Origin: Octopus sinensis
Lineage: Eukaryota
Reading direction: 5' to 3'
DNA length: 64,000 nucleotides
Assembly: GCF_006345805.1 (NCBI RefSeq)
Contig: NC_043002.1
Coordinates: 87,606,001-87,670,000, forward strand
How positions within the stretch are numbered: position 1 is the stretch's first letter; each line of letters begins with the position of its first letter. This document shows positions 38,764-49,418 of this stretch, piece by piece. The notes beneath the pieces were generated by a model, which worked only from the letters and a program-made list of their open reading frames with translations, was not told the DNA's origin and did no database searches. The position numbers and the translations under genes are program-made.

Positions 38764-40293
38764 ATGTCGTCTAGCATGGAGCCTACCGTTGGAGCAGAAA
38801 TACTTGTTTCTCCTGTTGAGAGGAGGAAATACATGTCCGGCGAGGAGCCAACTACAGACAAGGAAATAGGGGTTTCCCCCGCTACAAGAAGGAATAGCAG
38901 AGAGGATAATATATTTGATATTTTTGGAGATGTGTCTGAGAGCTCGTCAGAACTTTCACCAGAAGAGTTTCCGACTTTGCCAGAGAACAAAGGCATTGTG
39001 TCGAAGAGAATAATTGATGTGCCTAGCATCCAGATAGAACCAAAAAATGGAAAAAAAAGTTTTGCGTTGGCTGCTGGGGGTGGAACCCAGATACTGTCGA
39101 CGAATAAAAGCGAAATTATGAAATACAGCAAAATGATGGAAATAAATGACAACAGTGTGAAAATTGAACCTCCGCAAAAGTTATTACAGGAAGAAAAGCA
39201 AAAAACAATAATTTTCAAAACATATTGTCTACAAAATAGAAAAATTGAAAGAATGTCAGAAGAGAAAATAGAAAAGTGCTTAAAGCCAATATTGGGCGAC
39301 GTAGTATTTCTGAGAAGAGGAAAAAAATTCGGAACGGTGGAAGTAAGGTTCACCAATAAAGAAATAGCACACAAGAACTCAGTGGAAACGTTGAAAACGA
39401 ACGACGTGGAGTTAATACCCTATTATATGGGGATGAGGACGTCGCGAATAAAAATTACAAGGGTCCCGCCAGAGGTCGAACCTATGTGGTTGTTGGCGGC
39501 AGTCCTAATCAAAGAGGTAGAAAAAATTACTCTCCTCCAGGCTACCGCTACGGAAAACCCACGCTGGGATGGTAAAACAATTAATCTTCTCATTCAAGCG
39601 GACCCTAAAATAATTCAAACAATTCCTGAGACAATTGAGGTAGGGGAGGAGAACCTCGTGGTGTTTGTTGAGGGCCGAAAACCTCGATGTTTTTTATGTG
39701 GTCAATTAGGCCACATTCGAAGGAACTGCAAGGAAAATGAAGAAGAGGAGGAAGAGGAGAAAAAAGACAAAGAGGAAGAAGATAAAGAAGAAACAGATGA
39801 GAAAAAAACAACAAACAAAAGAAAAATACAACCAGCAACCCAGCCGAGAGCGGCGACTACTACAGAACAACGACCAAAAAAGACTGCCAGAAGAGAAAAA
39901 GAAGAAAAAGGCATAATAGCCGTATACACTAAAGATACTGAGCTCATGAGAGACATTCAACTCATAAAGACTGTAAAAAAAATTGATAACCTTTCAGAGG
40001 AATTTATCAATTACGACATATATGAAGTCTCAAATAAGACTTATAGAATTCTACAAAATAAGTACAGAAAGACTGTATCTTCATTGAGATTAGATTTTAA
40101 CAAGTCGATATTTCATGGATTACCAGCTCCGATCCCGCGAGAAAAGGAAAAGGTGGAGATTCCCCCTCCACCTGATAATTCTGTGTCGGTGGTGAGACGG
40201 GATTTTGACAAATCTATTTCCCAAGACCGTCCACCTCCGACCCTGGATAAAAAAAAGGTGGAGGGTCCCCCTCCACCGGACAATCCTAATTAA
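38764..40293 (+). CDS. LINE ORF1p with CCHC zinc knuckle
   Basis: First ATG at 38764 (the track ORF starts at TTG 38737). CFLCGQLGHIRRNC knuckle, acidic/basic tract, Pro-rich C-terminal duplication. Confidence 0.9.
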   Translation: MSSSMEPTVGAEILVSPVERRKYMSGEEPTTDKEIGVSPATRRNSREDNIFDIFGDVSESSSELSPEEFPTLPENKGIVSKRIIDVPSIQIEPKNGKKSFALAAGGGTQILSTNKSEIMKYSKMMEINDNSVKIEPPQKLLQEEKQKTIIFKTYCLQNRKIERMSEEKIEKCLKPILGDVVFLRRGKKFGTVEVRFTNKEIAHKNSVETLKTNDVELIPYYMGMRTSRIKITRVPPEVEPMWLLAAVLIKEVEKITLLQATATENPRWDGKTINLLIQADPKIIQTIPETIEVGEENLVVFVEGRKPRCFLCGQLGHIRRNCKENEEEEEEEKKDKEEEDKEETDEKKTTNKRKIQPATQPRAATTTEQRPKKTARREKEEKGIIAVYTKDTELMRDIQLIKTVKKIDNLSEEFINYDIYEVSNKTYRILQNKYRKTVSSLRLDFNKSIFHGLPAPIPREKEKVEIPPPPDNSVSVVRRDFDKSISQDRPPPTLDKKKVEGPPPPDNPN

Positions 40294-40304
40294 ACAGGTA
40301 AGTG

Positions 40305-43300
40305 ATGGCTATTCACATTGGTTGTTTAAATGTTCATGGCCTGTTGTCAAGCTGGAAGCAAGGACGCTTTCTGAATGACATCAGGTCGAGAAATTTGGAT
40401 GTAATTGTTGCAACGGAAACCCGGGTGAAGGGGCCAAGAGATCTGCTCCCCCTCCTGAACGGCTACGAGAAATACGTTTCTCCGAGTCGGGCGGGAGGTG
40501 GGGGTGGGGTGTTGGTCCTACTAAAAAGAAACCGGGTAGCCGAGAAAAAGTTGGTTTTTTCTGACCCAGAAGGCAGGCTGGTCGTTCTCGACTTGACATT
40601 CAGTTGTGGCAAGACAATCAGGCTGGTCGCTATTTATGCACCAAACATTATTGGCCCGCAAACTGAATATTTTCGTGGCCTAGGAAAGTTCCTAGCCACG
40701 TCGCATTCACTAGTAGTGTTAGGAGACTCTAATACAATATGTGCAGCACACACAGATTGTGTTGGCTCAAACTCGAACATGAACAGAAAATGTAACACAG
40801 GCTTTCGGGATCTGCTAAGTCAATTTCAGCTAGCAGATCCATATAGGTTGGAGCACCCGAACACTCCACAGTGGACGTGGTCAAATAGTGACGGGTCTAC
40901 CAGAACATATCTAGATAGGATTTTAATTAGAGAAAAAGATAAGTCCATAGTTGAGTGTCCACAGTTTTTTCTAGTCAGCTACAGTGACCACAAGATGGTT
41001 ACCTGTAAACTGACGGTAGATAAGTTGCATAGACAGGGATCTGGCTACTGGAAACTCAATACGTCCCTTTTGGCGATTGAGGAGTACAGAAAGCGGATCA
41101 AGATGTTAATACAGAGGGCATTAACAGGTACCATCATTAATAACAAATGGTGGTACGCCCTAAAAAGAGCCATCAAATATGAGTCTATTAGGTTTAGCAT
41201 AAGTTTAGCTAAGAAGGGACGTAAAATAGGAGATGGTCTAGTTAAGGAACTAGAAGAAGCCTGGAGGACTGGTAATACAGACCAAGCGAGGGTGAAAAGA
41301 CTGGAGTTAAACCAGCATCTTGAAGCCCACCACATGGGAAGTATTACCAGAGCTAAGTTACGTGCAATGGGAAGTGAAGGAATCAAAGCCGCTGGATGGG
41401 CCCGAGTGGTGGAAGCTCGGCAAGGAAATAGTTCCTCTATTCGGTCTTTGACGAATCAAAATGGTGTCTTGATAAACGAACCCGAGAAAATGTGTGAGGT
41501 CTTTCGGGAGTACTTCGCCCAGCTGTTCGGGGGTGACGGCGGTCCTGGTGGTGGGAGAGCCCTCGAGGACTTTCTTACCGGGCTGCCGTGCCTCTCGGGG
41601 TCGGATGCGGAGTCTTGCGAAGGGCCAATCACACTTGAGGAGGTGATGGAGGCTTTGGCCGATTGTAAAGCGGGTAAGTCACCGGGACTTGATGGTCTTC
41701 CGTACGAGCTGTATAAATGTATGCCAGACTTGTTCGGGCAACTACTGACTGACGTGTACGCGAACTGGAAACAGAATGGGTTTATCCCCAGATCTGTGCG
41801 CCGGGGAGTAGTGACGTTGGTCAGAAAGGACCCGGACAAGGGGGACGTTCTAGAGAATTTCAGGCCCATCACTCTGTTAAACGCAGAAGTGAAGATTTTG
41901 GCCAAGGTTCTAGCAAAAAGGTTGGCGCGTGTCGCGAATGGTATAGTCGGGGAGGCACAGACATGTGCCATCCCAGGCAGAACCATTCAGGATACCCTCC
42001 ATCTTATTCGCTATACCATAGAGAGGTTTGGTAATAAATCTGGCAAAGGTGGGGCATTGGTGCATTTGGACCAGTCTAAAGCTTTTGATAGGGTTGACCA
42101 TCGATACCTAGCGACTGTACTTGCGCGGTTTGGCCTGGGCCTTGGCTTCCTCAGGTGGTTTATCGCTTTGTACCACAACATTGACTCGATAGTTCGGGTG
42201 AACGGTTTCCTTTCGAAGCCGTTCTGCATCAGACGCTCGGTTCGTCAAGGATGTCCGCTTTCACCACTTTTGTATGTGATGGCTCTCGAGCCATTACTGC
42301 AAAGGTTGAGTGGCATCCCGAGAGAACCAGGACTAGAGGAGTTTGTTACGGCTTTCGCGGATGATATCACTATCAGTGTAACCACAGTGGTACGCCTACG
42401 TGAAGTAGGTAAGACTATTGAGGCTTACGAGGAGGTAGCAGGAGCAAAGATTAACCGGGAAAAGTCGGTCGGCTTGCAGCTCGGCACCTGGGTTGGCAAG
42501 TCGATGCCTTCAGACAGTGTTGTTAGGCGCTGGACGGAGGGACCGGTTAAGTTGCTGGGAGTCTGGTTTGGACCAGGCCTCCAGATAGAGAAGAACTGGA
42601 CGGAGGTATTGAGCAGGGTGGCTGCAGTAGTCAAGACTTGGTCTTGGCGGTGGCTATCCCTGAAAGGGAGGGCGGAAGTGGCCAATGTGTTTATCGCATC
42701 GGTCATTACCTACCGCCTGACTGTCGTGCCCTGTCCGGATTCGTGGTTGATCAGGTTGGAGAGACAGCTCTTTCGCTTTTTGTGGAAGGGCAGGTCGCCA
42801 CTTGTGAAACGCTCTGTCTGCTGTCAAAAGCCTTTAAATGGAGGTTTAGGGATGCCTTGGTTAATGATGCGCAGACATGCGTTGAGGTTGAGGCACCTCT
42901 GGATTCTCCTGGATAGTGAACGGGTGTGGTCTCCGCTGGCCAGACAAATGTTCCCTGAGTTCAAGAGTTTTTGCGAACAGGAAGCCTGGTGTTCTCGTAG
43001 ACCGAGGTCGAGTGAGTGGCATAAAGAGTGCCGTAAGGCCCTCTTGCTGTTCCGGCGCTCGGGCAACGCCAGCGGTGGGGGTTCCACACGGATTTTATAT
43101 AGTGGGTTGGTAGAGTCTGAATGCGACGATGGCCTGGGGTCGACTCTAGGTCTCGGATTTATTCAACTGGACAGCTTGTTTCATCGTACATTCGGGTTGA
43201 GAACGTTGGACAACTTCCAAAAGTCCTTAACCTGGCAATGCTACAGAGGTGCCTTGCCCGTTTGGGATAAGCTCGCAAGACATGGTAAACGTCAGTCGCC

Positions 43301-43706
43301 GACCTGTCCAAGATGCGGTGGGGACAGGGAAACCGTCCCTCACGCTATTGTTCAGTGTCCGGAGATAACTGAAATGTGGGCTTATGCTGAACATCTGTTG
43401 TCCGGCGAAGGAAGAGTACGGCTGTCGACTGAGTCAATTATAAAAATTGACCCACCGGGAGTTCTAACGAACGAAGGTAAGAATTGTTTTCTCACGGTTG
43501 TAGCAATAGCAAAAGAGGCTGTATGGAATACTAGGATAAAAGGAATTAAGACAGGCAACTTTATCTCTGGTGACAATTTACGATCCTTTTTTTCTTTTCA
43601 TTTGAAAAGGAAACTGTGGCTGGAGAAGAGGTGTCTGTCAGAGTGTACGTTCCAAAAGAGATGGAAGTATGTTGCACGAGTGTTGTGCGTGCAAGGAACC
43701 GTGTGA
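40305..43706 (+). CDS. LINE ORF2p: APE endonuclease, reverse transcriptase and C-terminal zinc-binding domain
   Basis: LNVHGL, ATETR, GDSN, YLDRI, YSDH (APE). KSPGLDG, NFRPITLLN, LDQSKAFDRV, RQGCPLSPLLY, FADD (RT). CPRC..ETVPHAIVQC. GYWKLN and QTCAIPGRTI are L1/Tx1-like. Confidence 0.97.
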   Translation: MAIHIGCLNVHGLLSSWKQGRFLNDIRSRNLDVIVATETRVKGPRDLLPLLNGYEKYVSPSRAGGGGGVLVLLKRNRVAEKKLVFSDPEGRLVVLDLTFSCGKTIRLVAIYAPNIIGPQTEYFRGLGKFLATSHSLVVLGDSNTICAAHTDCVGSNSNMNRKCNTGFRDLLSQFQLADPYRLEHPNTPQWTWSNSDGSTRTYLDRILIREKDKSIVECPQFFLVSYSDHKMVTCKLTVDKLHRQGSGYWKLNTSLLAIEEYRKRIKMLIQRALTGTIINNKWWYALKRAIKYESIRFSISLAKKGRKIGDGLVKELEEAWRTGNTDQARVKRLELNQHLEAHHMGSITRAKLRAMGSEGIKAAGWARVVEARQGNSSSIRSLTNQNGVLINEPEKMCEVFREYFAQLFGGDGGPGGGRALEDFLTGLPCLSGSDAESCEGPITLEEVMEALADCKAGKSPGLDGLPYELYKCMPDLFGQLLTDVYANWKQNGFIPRSVRRGVVTLVRKDPDKGDVLENFRPITLLNAEVKILAKVLAKRLARVANGIVGEAQTCAIPGRTIQDTLHLIRYTIERFGNKSGKGGALVHLDQSKAFDRVDHRYLATVLARFGLGLGFLRWFIALYHNIDSIVRVNGFLSKPFCIRRSVRQGCPLSPLLYVMALEPLLQRLSGIPREPGLEEFVTAFADDITISVTTVVRLREVGKTIEAYEEVAGAKINREKSVGLQLGTWVGKSMPSDSVVRRWTEGPVKLLGVWFGPGLQIEKNWTEVLSRVAAVVKTWSWRWLSLKGRAEVANVFIASVITYRLTVVPCPDSWLIRLERQLFRFLWKGRSPLVKRSVCCQKPLNGGLGMPWLMMRRHALRLRHLWILLDSERVWSPLARQMFPEFKSFCEQEAWCSRRPRSSEWHKECRKALLLFRRSGNASGGGSTRILYSGLVESECDDGLGSTLGLGFIQLDSLFHRTFGLRTLDNFQKSLTWQCYRGALPVWDKLARHGKRQSPTCPRCGGDRETVPHAIVQCPEITEMWAYAEHLLSGEGRVRLSTESIIKIDPPGVLTNEGKNCFLTVVAIAKEAVWNTRIKGIKTGNFISGDNLRSFFSFHLKRKLWLEKRCLSECTFQKRWKYVARVLCVQGTV

Positions 43707-43959
43707 ATAGACGAGGAAAAAAAAAAAAAAAAAAAGGAAAAATAAAAAGGTATCAGCGGTAGATCGGGGCTTGTGGGATCGGAGCGTAACTTGATCATCG
43801 CTTCATTTGTATTGTTTTTGTACTGTGTATTCCATTCGATTTTTATGTATTGTATTTTATTTTTGATGTCACATTTATGTAAAATCATATCGATTCACTG
43901 ATCCCATCAGTTGTACTGTCCATATCTATGTTTGGCCCCCGGTGGGCAATAAAGAAATT

Positions 43960-44460
43960 GGTATTTCGTCTGCCGTTACGTTCTAAGTTCAAATTCCGCC
44001 GAGGTCGACTTTGCCTTTCATCCTTTCGGGGTCGATTAAATAAATACCAGTTACGCACTGGGGTCGATATAATCGACTTAATCCCTTTGTCTGTCCTTGT
44101 TTGTCCTCTCTGTGTTTAGCCCCTTGTGGGTAGTAAAGAAATAGGTATTTCGTCTGCCGCTACGTTCTGAGTTCAAATTCCGCCGAGGTCGACTTTGCCT
44201 TTCATCCTTTCGGGGTCGATTAAATAAGTACCAGTTATGCACTGAGGTCGATATAATCGACTTAATCCGTTTGTCTGTCCTTGTTTGTCCTCTCTGCGTT
44301 TAGCCCCTTGTGGGTAGTAAAGAAATAGGTATTTCGTCTGTCTACGTTCTGAGTTCAAATTCCTTTCGGGGTCGATAAATTAAATACCATTTGCGTACTG
44401 GTGTCGATCTAATCGACTCGCCCCCTCCCCCAAAATTTCAGGCCTTGTGCCTTGAGTAGA
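43960..44460 (+). mobile_element. SINE family A array: two 184-bp tail-A units plus the remainder of the host SINE (tail B)
   Basis: Units start GGTATTTCGTCTG at 43960, 44144 and 44328. Confidence 0.92.
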
Positions 44461-45674
44461 AACGCATGTGTCACGTCTTTTATCCAAATTTTTTATCCAA
44501 ATTTTATCCACATTTTTTATCCAAATTCATGACCGTAGCTAACATGAGTTTCCTTTTGATTATTAATATTTTCAATTTCTACAAAAGAGGTGCTAACTGG
44601 AGAAGAAGATTCAGAAATATATACTGATTTATAAAAATATATAAAGACTAGGGTCTAAAGTAAGTAGTGATGGTTTGTGTCAATAATTAGTAAATATAAA
44701 GTCGATGAATGGGTAGAAGAAAAGTTTAACATTTCAGACAGAACCCATTGCCGTAGAGTGAGGTCAGAATACTTGAAAGAATGGACTCGTCTATTTCCTT
44801 ATAACAAGCCAACTGTTTTCTGAAATATGTAGTTTATACAGAGGAAGAAACATTTTACAAATTTGGTTATGCACAATAAATTAAACCTCACTCTGCACTG
44901 AAAATTTGATATAATTATTGAATACTAAATAGTATAATTTGCTCACTATTTAAAACAGCAACAATAACTATTAATGTGAACAAATTACTATATTAGCATT
45001 TTCAGTACGTTAAACAGTTTTTAAAAATTATTTCTGTCACAATTTTATTCTGGATACGGATATTTGTGCAAACTATTCCATAATGAAAAGAAAAATATAG
45101 ACTTTATTGCTACTTTATTACACTTAAGTATACTGATAAATGCTGTTTTGACAATTATTAAATATTTGTATATTATACATGTTGCAGCAGTTCAAAATGC
45201 TTATCATTATTTTACACGACAATTTTAAAGTAAAATATAAGATTTGCTCGTAGCTTAGTTAGTGGTTGTATTGCAAGTGGAGATATAAAACTAAGCGTTT
45301 TATAGGAAAAACGTGGTCACAGATAAGAATAACTCAAGAAATAGAACGAAAATAATTAATTAAATAACGACAGTGTTAAGTGCGAGTGTTTTAAAAATTC
45401 AATTAATCCGACAAATATCATTACTTTCCGAAAGGTCATTAGACTTTTCAGTCCCAAATCGTTTGTTTTTCTAATTGACCTTTTCATATAAAGAAATCTT
45501 TCTTCTCTTCTTAATGTATTTCGAAAGAGAATCGATATATCACAACATATACTGTATTTATTTTTTTACATTTAGTATTGTAGGAAAGACGAACAATTTC
45601 AAGTAATTTTGTACTTTCTCCAGCTTAACATCTTGTTGGTTGACATAGTACTTTGTGACAACATTCGGGAACAT

Positions 45675-45890
45675 TGGTTTCAAATTTTGACACTAAGCCA
45701 ACAATTGAAGGCGGGGACGATAATCGATTACATTTATTCAAATGATGAACTGGTATTTATTTTACCGACCCCGAAACGGGGAAAGGCAAAGTTAACCTCG
45801 GGGGAATTTCAACTCAGAACATAAAGACGGACGAAATGCCGCTAGGAATTTAGCCCGGCGTACTAACGATTCTGCCAGTTCACCACCTTA
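45675..45890 (-). mobile_element. SINE family A
   Basis: Reverse-complement match. Confidence 0.75.
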
Positions 45891-45916
45891 ACACTCAGTA
45901 ATATTATTGATGATAT

Positions 45917-46310
45917 GGGGCGGCGAGCTGGTAGAAGCGTTACCATGCCGGACTTCGTCTTCCGTTACGTTCTGAGTTCAAATTCCGCCGAGGTTGACTT
46001 TGCCTTTCATCCTTTCGGGGTCGATTAAATAAGTACCAGTTGCGCACTGGGGTCGATATAATCGACTTAATCCGTTCGTCTGTCCTTGTTTGTCCTTTCT
46101 GTGTTTAGCCCCTTGTGGGTAGTAAAGAAATAGGTATTTCGTCTGCCGTTACGTTCTGAGTTGAAATTCCGCCGCTGAGTTCAAATTCCTTTCGGGGTCG
46201 ATTAAATAAGTACCAGTTACGTACTGGGATCGATGTAATCGTCTTAATCCTATTTGTCTGTTCTTGTTTGTCCCCTCTATGTTTAGCCCCCTGTGGGCAA
46301 TAATGAAATA
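45917..46310 (+). mobile_element. SINE family A dimer (tail A)
   Basis: Second unit begins GGTATTTCGTCTG at 46133. Confidence 0.9.
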
Positions 46311-46444
46311 AATATTGCTGACGATATTATGATGGCTGAGTAAGGTAGCGAACTAGCAGATACTTTAGCAGACCGGACAAAATGTTTAGTGGTATTTTTG
46401 TCCGTTTTTAATTTCTGAGTGCAAATTCAATATTTGGTTATATT

Positions 46445-46735
46445 GGTTTCAAATTTTGGCACAAGGCCAAGAGTTTCGGAGGTGGGTGGGGACCTAGTCG
46501 ATTACATCGACCCCAGTGCTCAACTGGCACTTATTTCATCGATCTCGAGTCGACTCCGGCAAAATTTGAACTTTGAACGACATTTTCTGTGTCTTTACGT
46601 TCTGAGTTCAAATTTCGCCGAGGTCAACTTTACCTGTCATCCTTTCGGGGTTGATAAAATAAGTACCAGTTGATCACTGGTGTCGATATAATCGACTATC
46701 TCAAATTTTAGGTGTGGTGTCTATAGTAGAAATGG
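46445..46735. mobile_element. Two SINE family A fragments, head-to-head
   Basis: Minus copy ~46445-46575, plus copy ~46590-46735. Confidence 0.7.
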
Positions 46736-47476
46736 TATTATGAAGCACGGTGAATTAGTAGAGTGTCAGATAAAATATATTGTAGAATTTACTTAACACC
46801 GTTTAAACTCTGAGTAAAAGTTCAATGCAGTGGAATTTAAGAAATACAGTATGAATGCCGTCTAACAAAATTCAGAGAATTAACTAATAATTTCTTTGGG
46901 AATTCGCAGTCTGTGTGTAACTGTGCAACTCTTCATTTACTGCCTCATTATTCATTATACATTTTACGTTGCATTTATACTTGTATTTTAACATGAAGTC
47001 AAGTGAACAATTGGATGCTTAGTCAATTAAAAAATTTTTTTTTTCACTTTATACCACTCGTTGAACAGTTTCATAATTTTCATTAAATTATCCTTGGTTT
47101 ATTTTTAGTTTTGGATAGGGAACATCTTTTAGTATAAATATCAATACTTCCTTGGAAATCATCGACATTTTCGAACACCTGTATGGGAAGTATCGCCTAG
47201 TTTCTAATGGATGCTTTAGCAAGTATTCGTCGAATAATGGTTGTTTCGACAATATGCAATTTAAAGCACACATTCGCCAACTACTGGCATAGTTTACTGA
47301 TTTCTTTCGGTCAGGTAGCTAACATTAGTCAAAACTTTTCTCTTGGATTGATAGTAGTTTATTCCAGAAGGTAGCCATTAGTCAAAAGTGGGTGTGTGCC
47401 GCACCACTTTAATTATCGTATGCCATCACAGAAGCAAACAACATTTTGTTTATAAAATTCCAATAACCTTCTCTAT

Positions 47477-47705
47477 ATTTTTCTTTACTACCCACAAGGG
47501 GCTAAATACAGAGGGGACAAACAAGGACAGACAAACAGATTAAGTCGATTACATCGACCCCAGTGAAGTGGTACTTAATTTATCAACCCCGAAAGGATGA
47601 AAGGCAAAGTCGACCTTGGCGGAATTTGAACTCAAAACGTAACGGCAGACGAAATATGGCTATGCATTTCGCCCAACGTGCTAACGTTTCTGCCAGCCCG
47701 CCGCC
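47477..47705 (-). mobile_element. SINE family A monomer, tail A
   Basis: Full length. Confidence 0.9.
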
Positions 47706-49106
47706 TTATAACCTCCTCTATATGTGGCTTCGCTACCCTTGTAAATTTGTGTGAGTTTTTTCTGAGATTGAGAAAAAGATTTGAATAAAAATACATTCTA
47801 AATGACAGAAATGGTATACAGGAACACTATCTTACCCCATATATTGACTTTGGTAAGTAATGGGTAATTTACATATCCACCTGCATTAAATATTCAGAAA
47901 GATAAGCCAGAACATCACAAGTTTATTATAATTGATTTATAGTTTACATATCGTTGATTTATTCCGATAAATATGATAAAACACATGTTTTCTTTCAAAC
48001 CATCTGTTGCATATTAATTCAATTTATCAGAAAAGATTAAATGGAATTTAGAATTTTATGATTTTCGGAATCTATTCAGCAATCTAATAGAGGTAGATTA
48101 CTTAGAAATGGCATGGAAAATTTTGTTTATTTCACGGAGGATGTAGATCACGAAGGAAAATATCGATATCTTTGGCGAGAAAAAACCCATTAAAAATAAG
48201 ATTTATAAAACGCCAAAGGAAGCCAAAAAAGTTAATATGAACCAATTACTAATAATATAATGCCTGTTTTATTATCTGTCATGTTGTCTTGTTAATTAAC
48301 GAATGATATTATAAAATAATTGTATATATCGATAGAAAAATCTCAAGGAATTTGTGGACGAAATGTATCATTAAATAATTATTCTCAAGGCTCTATATAA
48401 AAAAAAACGTAGAAAAAATATTGATGAATAGAAAGTAAAATTTTGAGTAAAATGATAGCATTGACAATTAGGAAGAGCTAATAAGAAATATCATCTCCAC
48501 GGTAACTGCAAAAGTGATACAGAAAGAAAGTAACAATGTATTATAGTTCTTTACATCAAGTAACGCTTATGAAATTATACACACTGGTATTCTTGACAAA
48601 TAAGGATTGATATATCACGTGTTACCGCCGTCTTTCAAATGTATTTGTTGAATTCTGTCGTGTATCTTTATCGATATTAAATATCAGTAATTCATGCTCA
48701 CACTCAGGGGCATTATCTTATCTTTCTGCCACTGTTATGCTTCTTTGTTATTTCAGTGTTGAAATATTAAGCTAACAGCCAAAATGGTTCTCTGCATTAC
48801 ATTGAGCTAGGGACAACATTTCATTAACATTTTATCAAATTTCCTTTCAAAGGCAGATCGCATGGTAAACGCTTACCTCAAATTATTGTAGTAGAAAACA
48901 AGCAAGAAATAGTTAATGTAGTCTATTATAAACCTGTTCTTTAAACTCTTCTTCAGTTTTAAAATAAAAAAGCATATCTATATCGATGCTATCTGCCTGT
49001 GTCTTTAGTAAAATATCACGAGGTAACTGTTTTAAGAGTTTCTACAAGATTTTAAAACGATTTAATTGCAAATACAGTAATATTTAAGAATATCATATAG
49101 TATAAG

Positions 49107-49418
49107 TGGAGGCGCAATGGCCCAATGGTTAGGGCAGCGGACTTGCGGTCGTAGGATTACGGTTTCGATTCCCAGACCGGGCGTTATGAGTGTTTATTGA
49201 GTGAAAACACCTAAAGCTCCTCGAGGCTTCGGCAGGGGGTGATGGCGATCCCTGCTGTACTGTTTCGCTGCAAGTTTCTCTCACTCTTTCTTCTGTTGGC
49301 CTGCTCGCTTAGCCTTCGGGGTGGCGTCATTTGAAGGCTAAAAGAATGCGAAGTGCATTGTGACCAGCAATGTGTAGCAACATCTGATATCTTGGTCGGT
49401 CAGGGTGATCACGGTGAT
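49107..49418 (+). mobile_element. SINE family B, full length
   Basis: A box TGGCCCAATGG, B-box-like TTTCGATTCCC. Confidence 0.9.

Larger units (their letters stand above)
38601..43959 (+). mobile_element. Full-length Tx1/L1-clade non-LTR retrotransposon
   Basis: 5' UTR, two intact ORFs and a 3' UTR ending AATAAAGAAATT. Flanked by GGTATTTCGTCTG(T/C)CG(C/T) at 38584-38600 and 43960-43976. Confidence 0.95.

Noticed and set aside
38715-43576. Antisense ORFs over the LINE (e.g. 38715-39374, 41456-41986)
   Set aside because: Shadow ORFs of ORF1/ORF2 with no independent motifs.
43715-43745. Poly(A) run as the LINE 3' end
   Set aside because: The matching target duplication and the SINE-like tail lie ~215 bp further on, so the run is internal to the 3' UTR.
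43960-44460. Regular 184-bp repeats as a CRISPR array or satellite
   Set aside because: There are no unique spacers. The units are SINE bodies.
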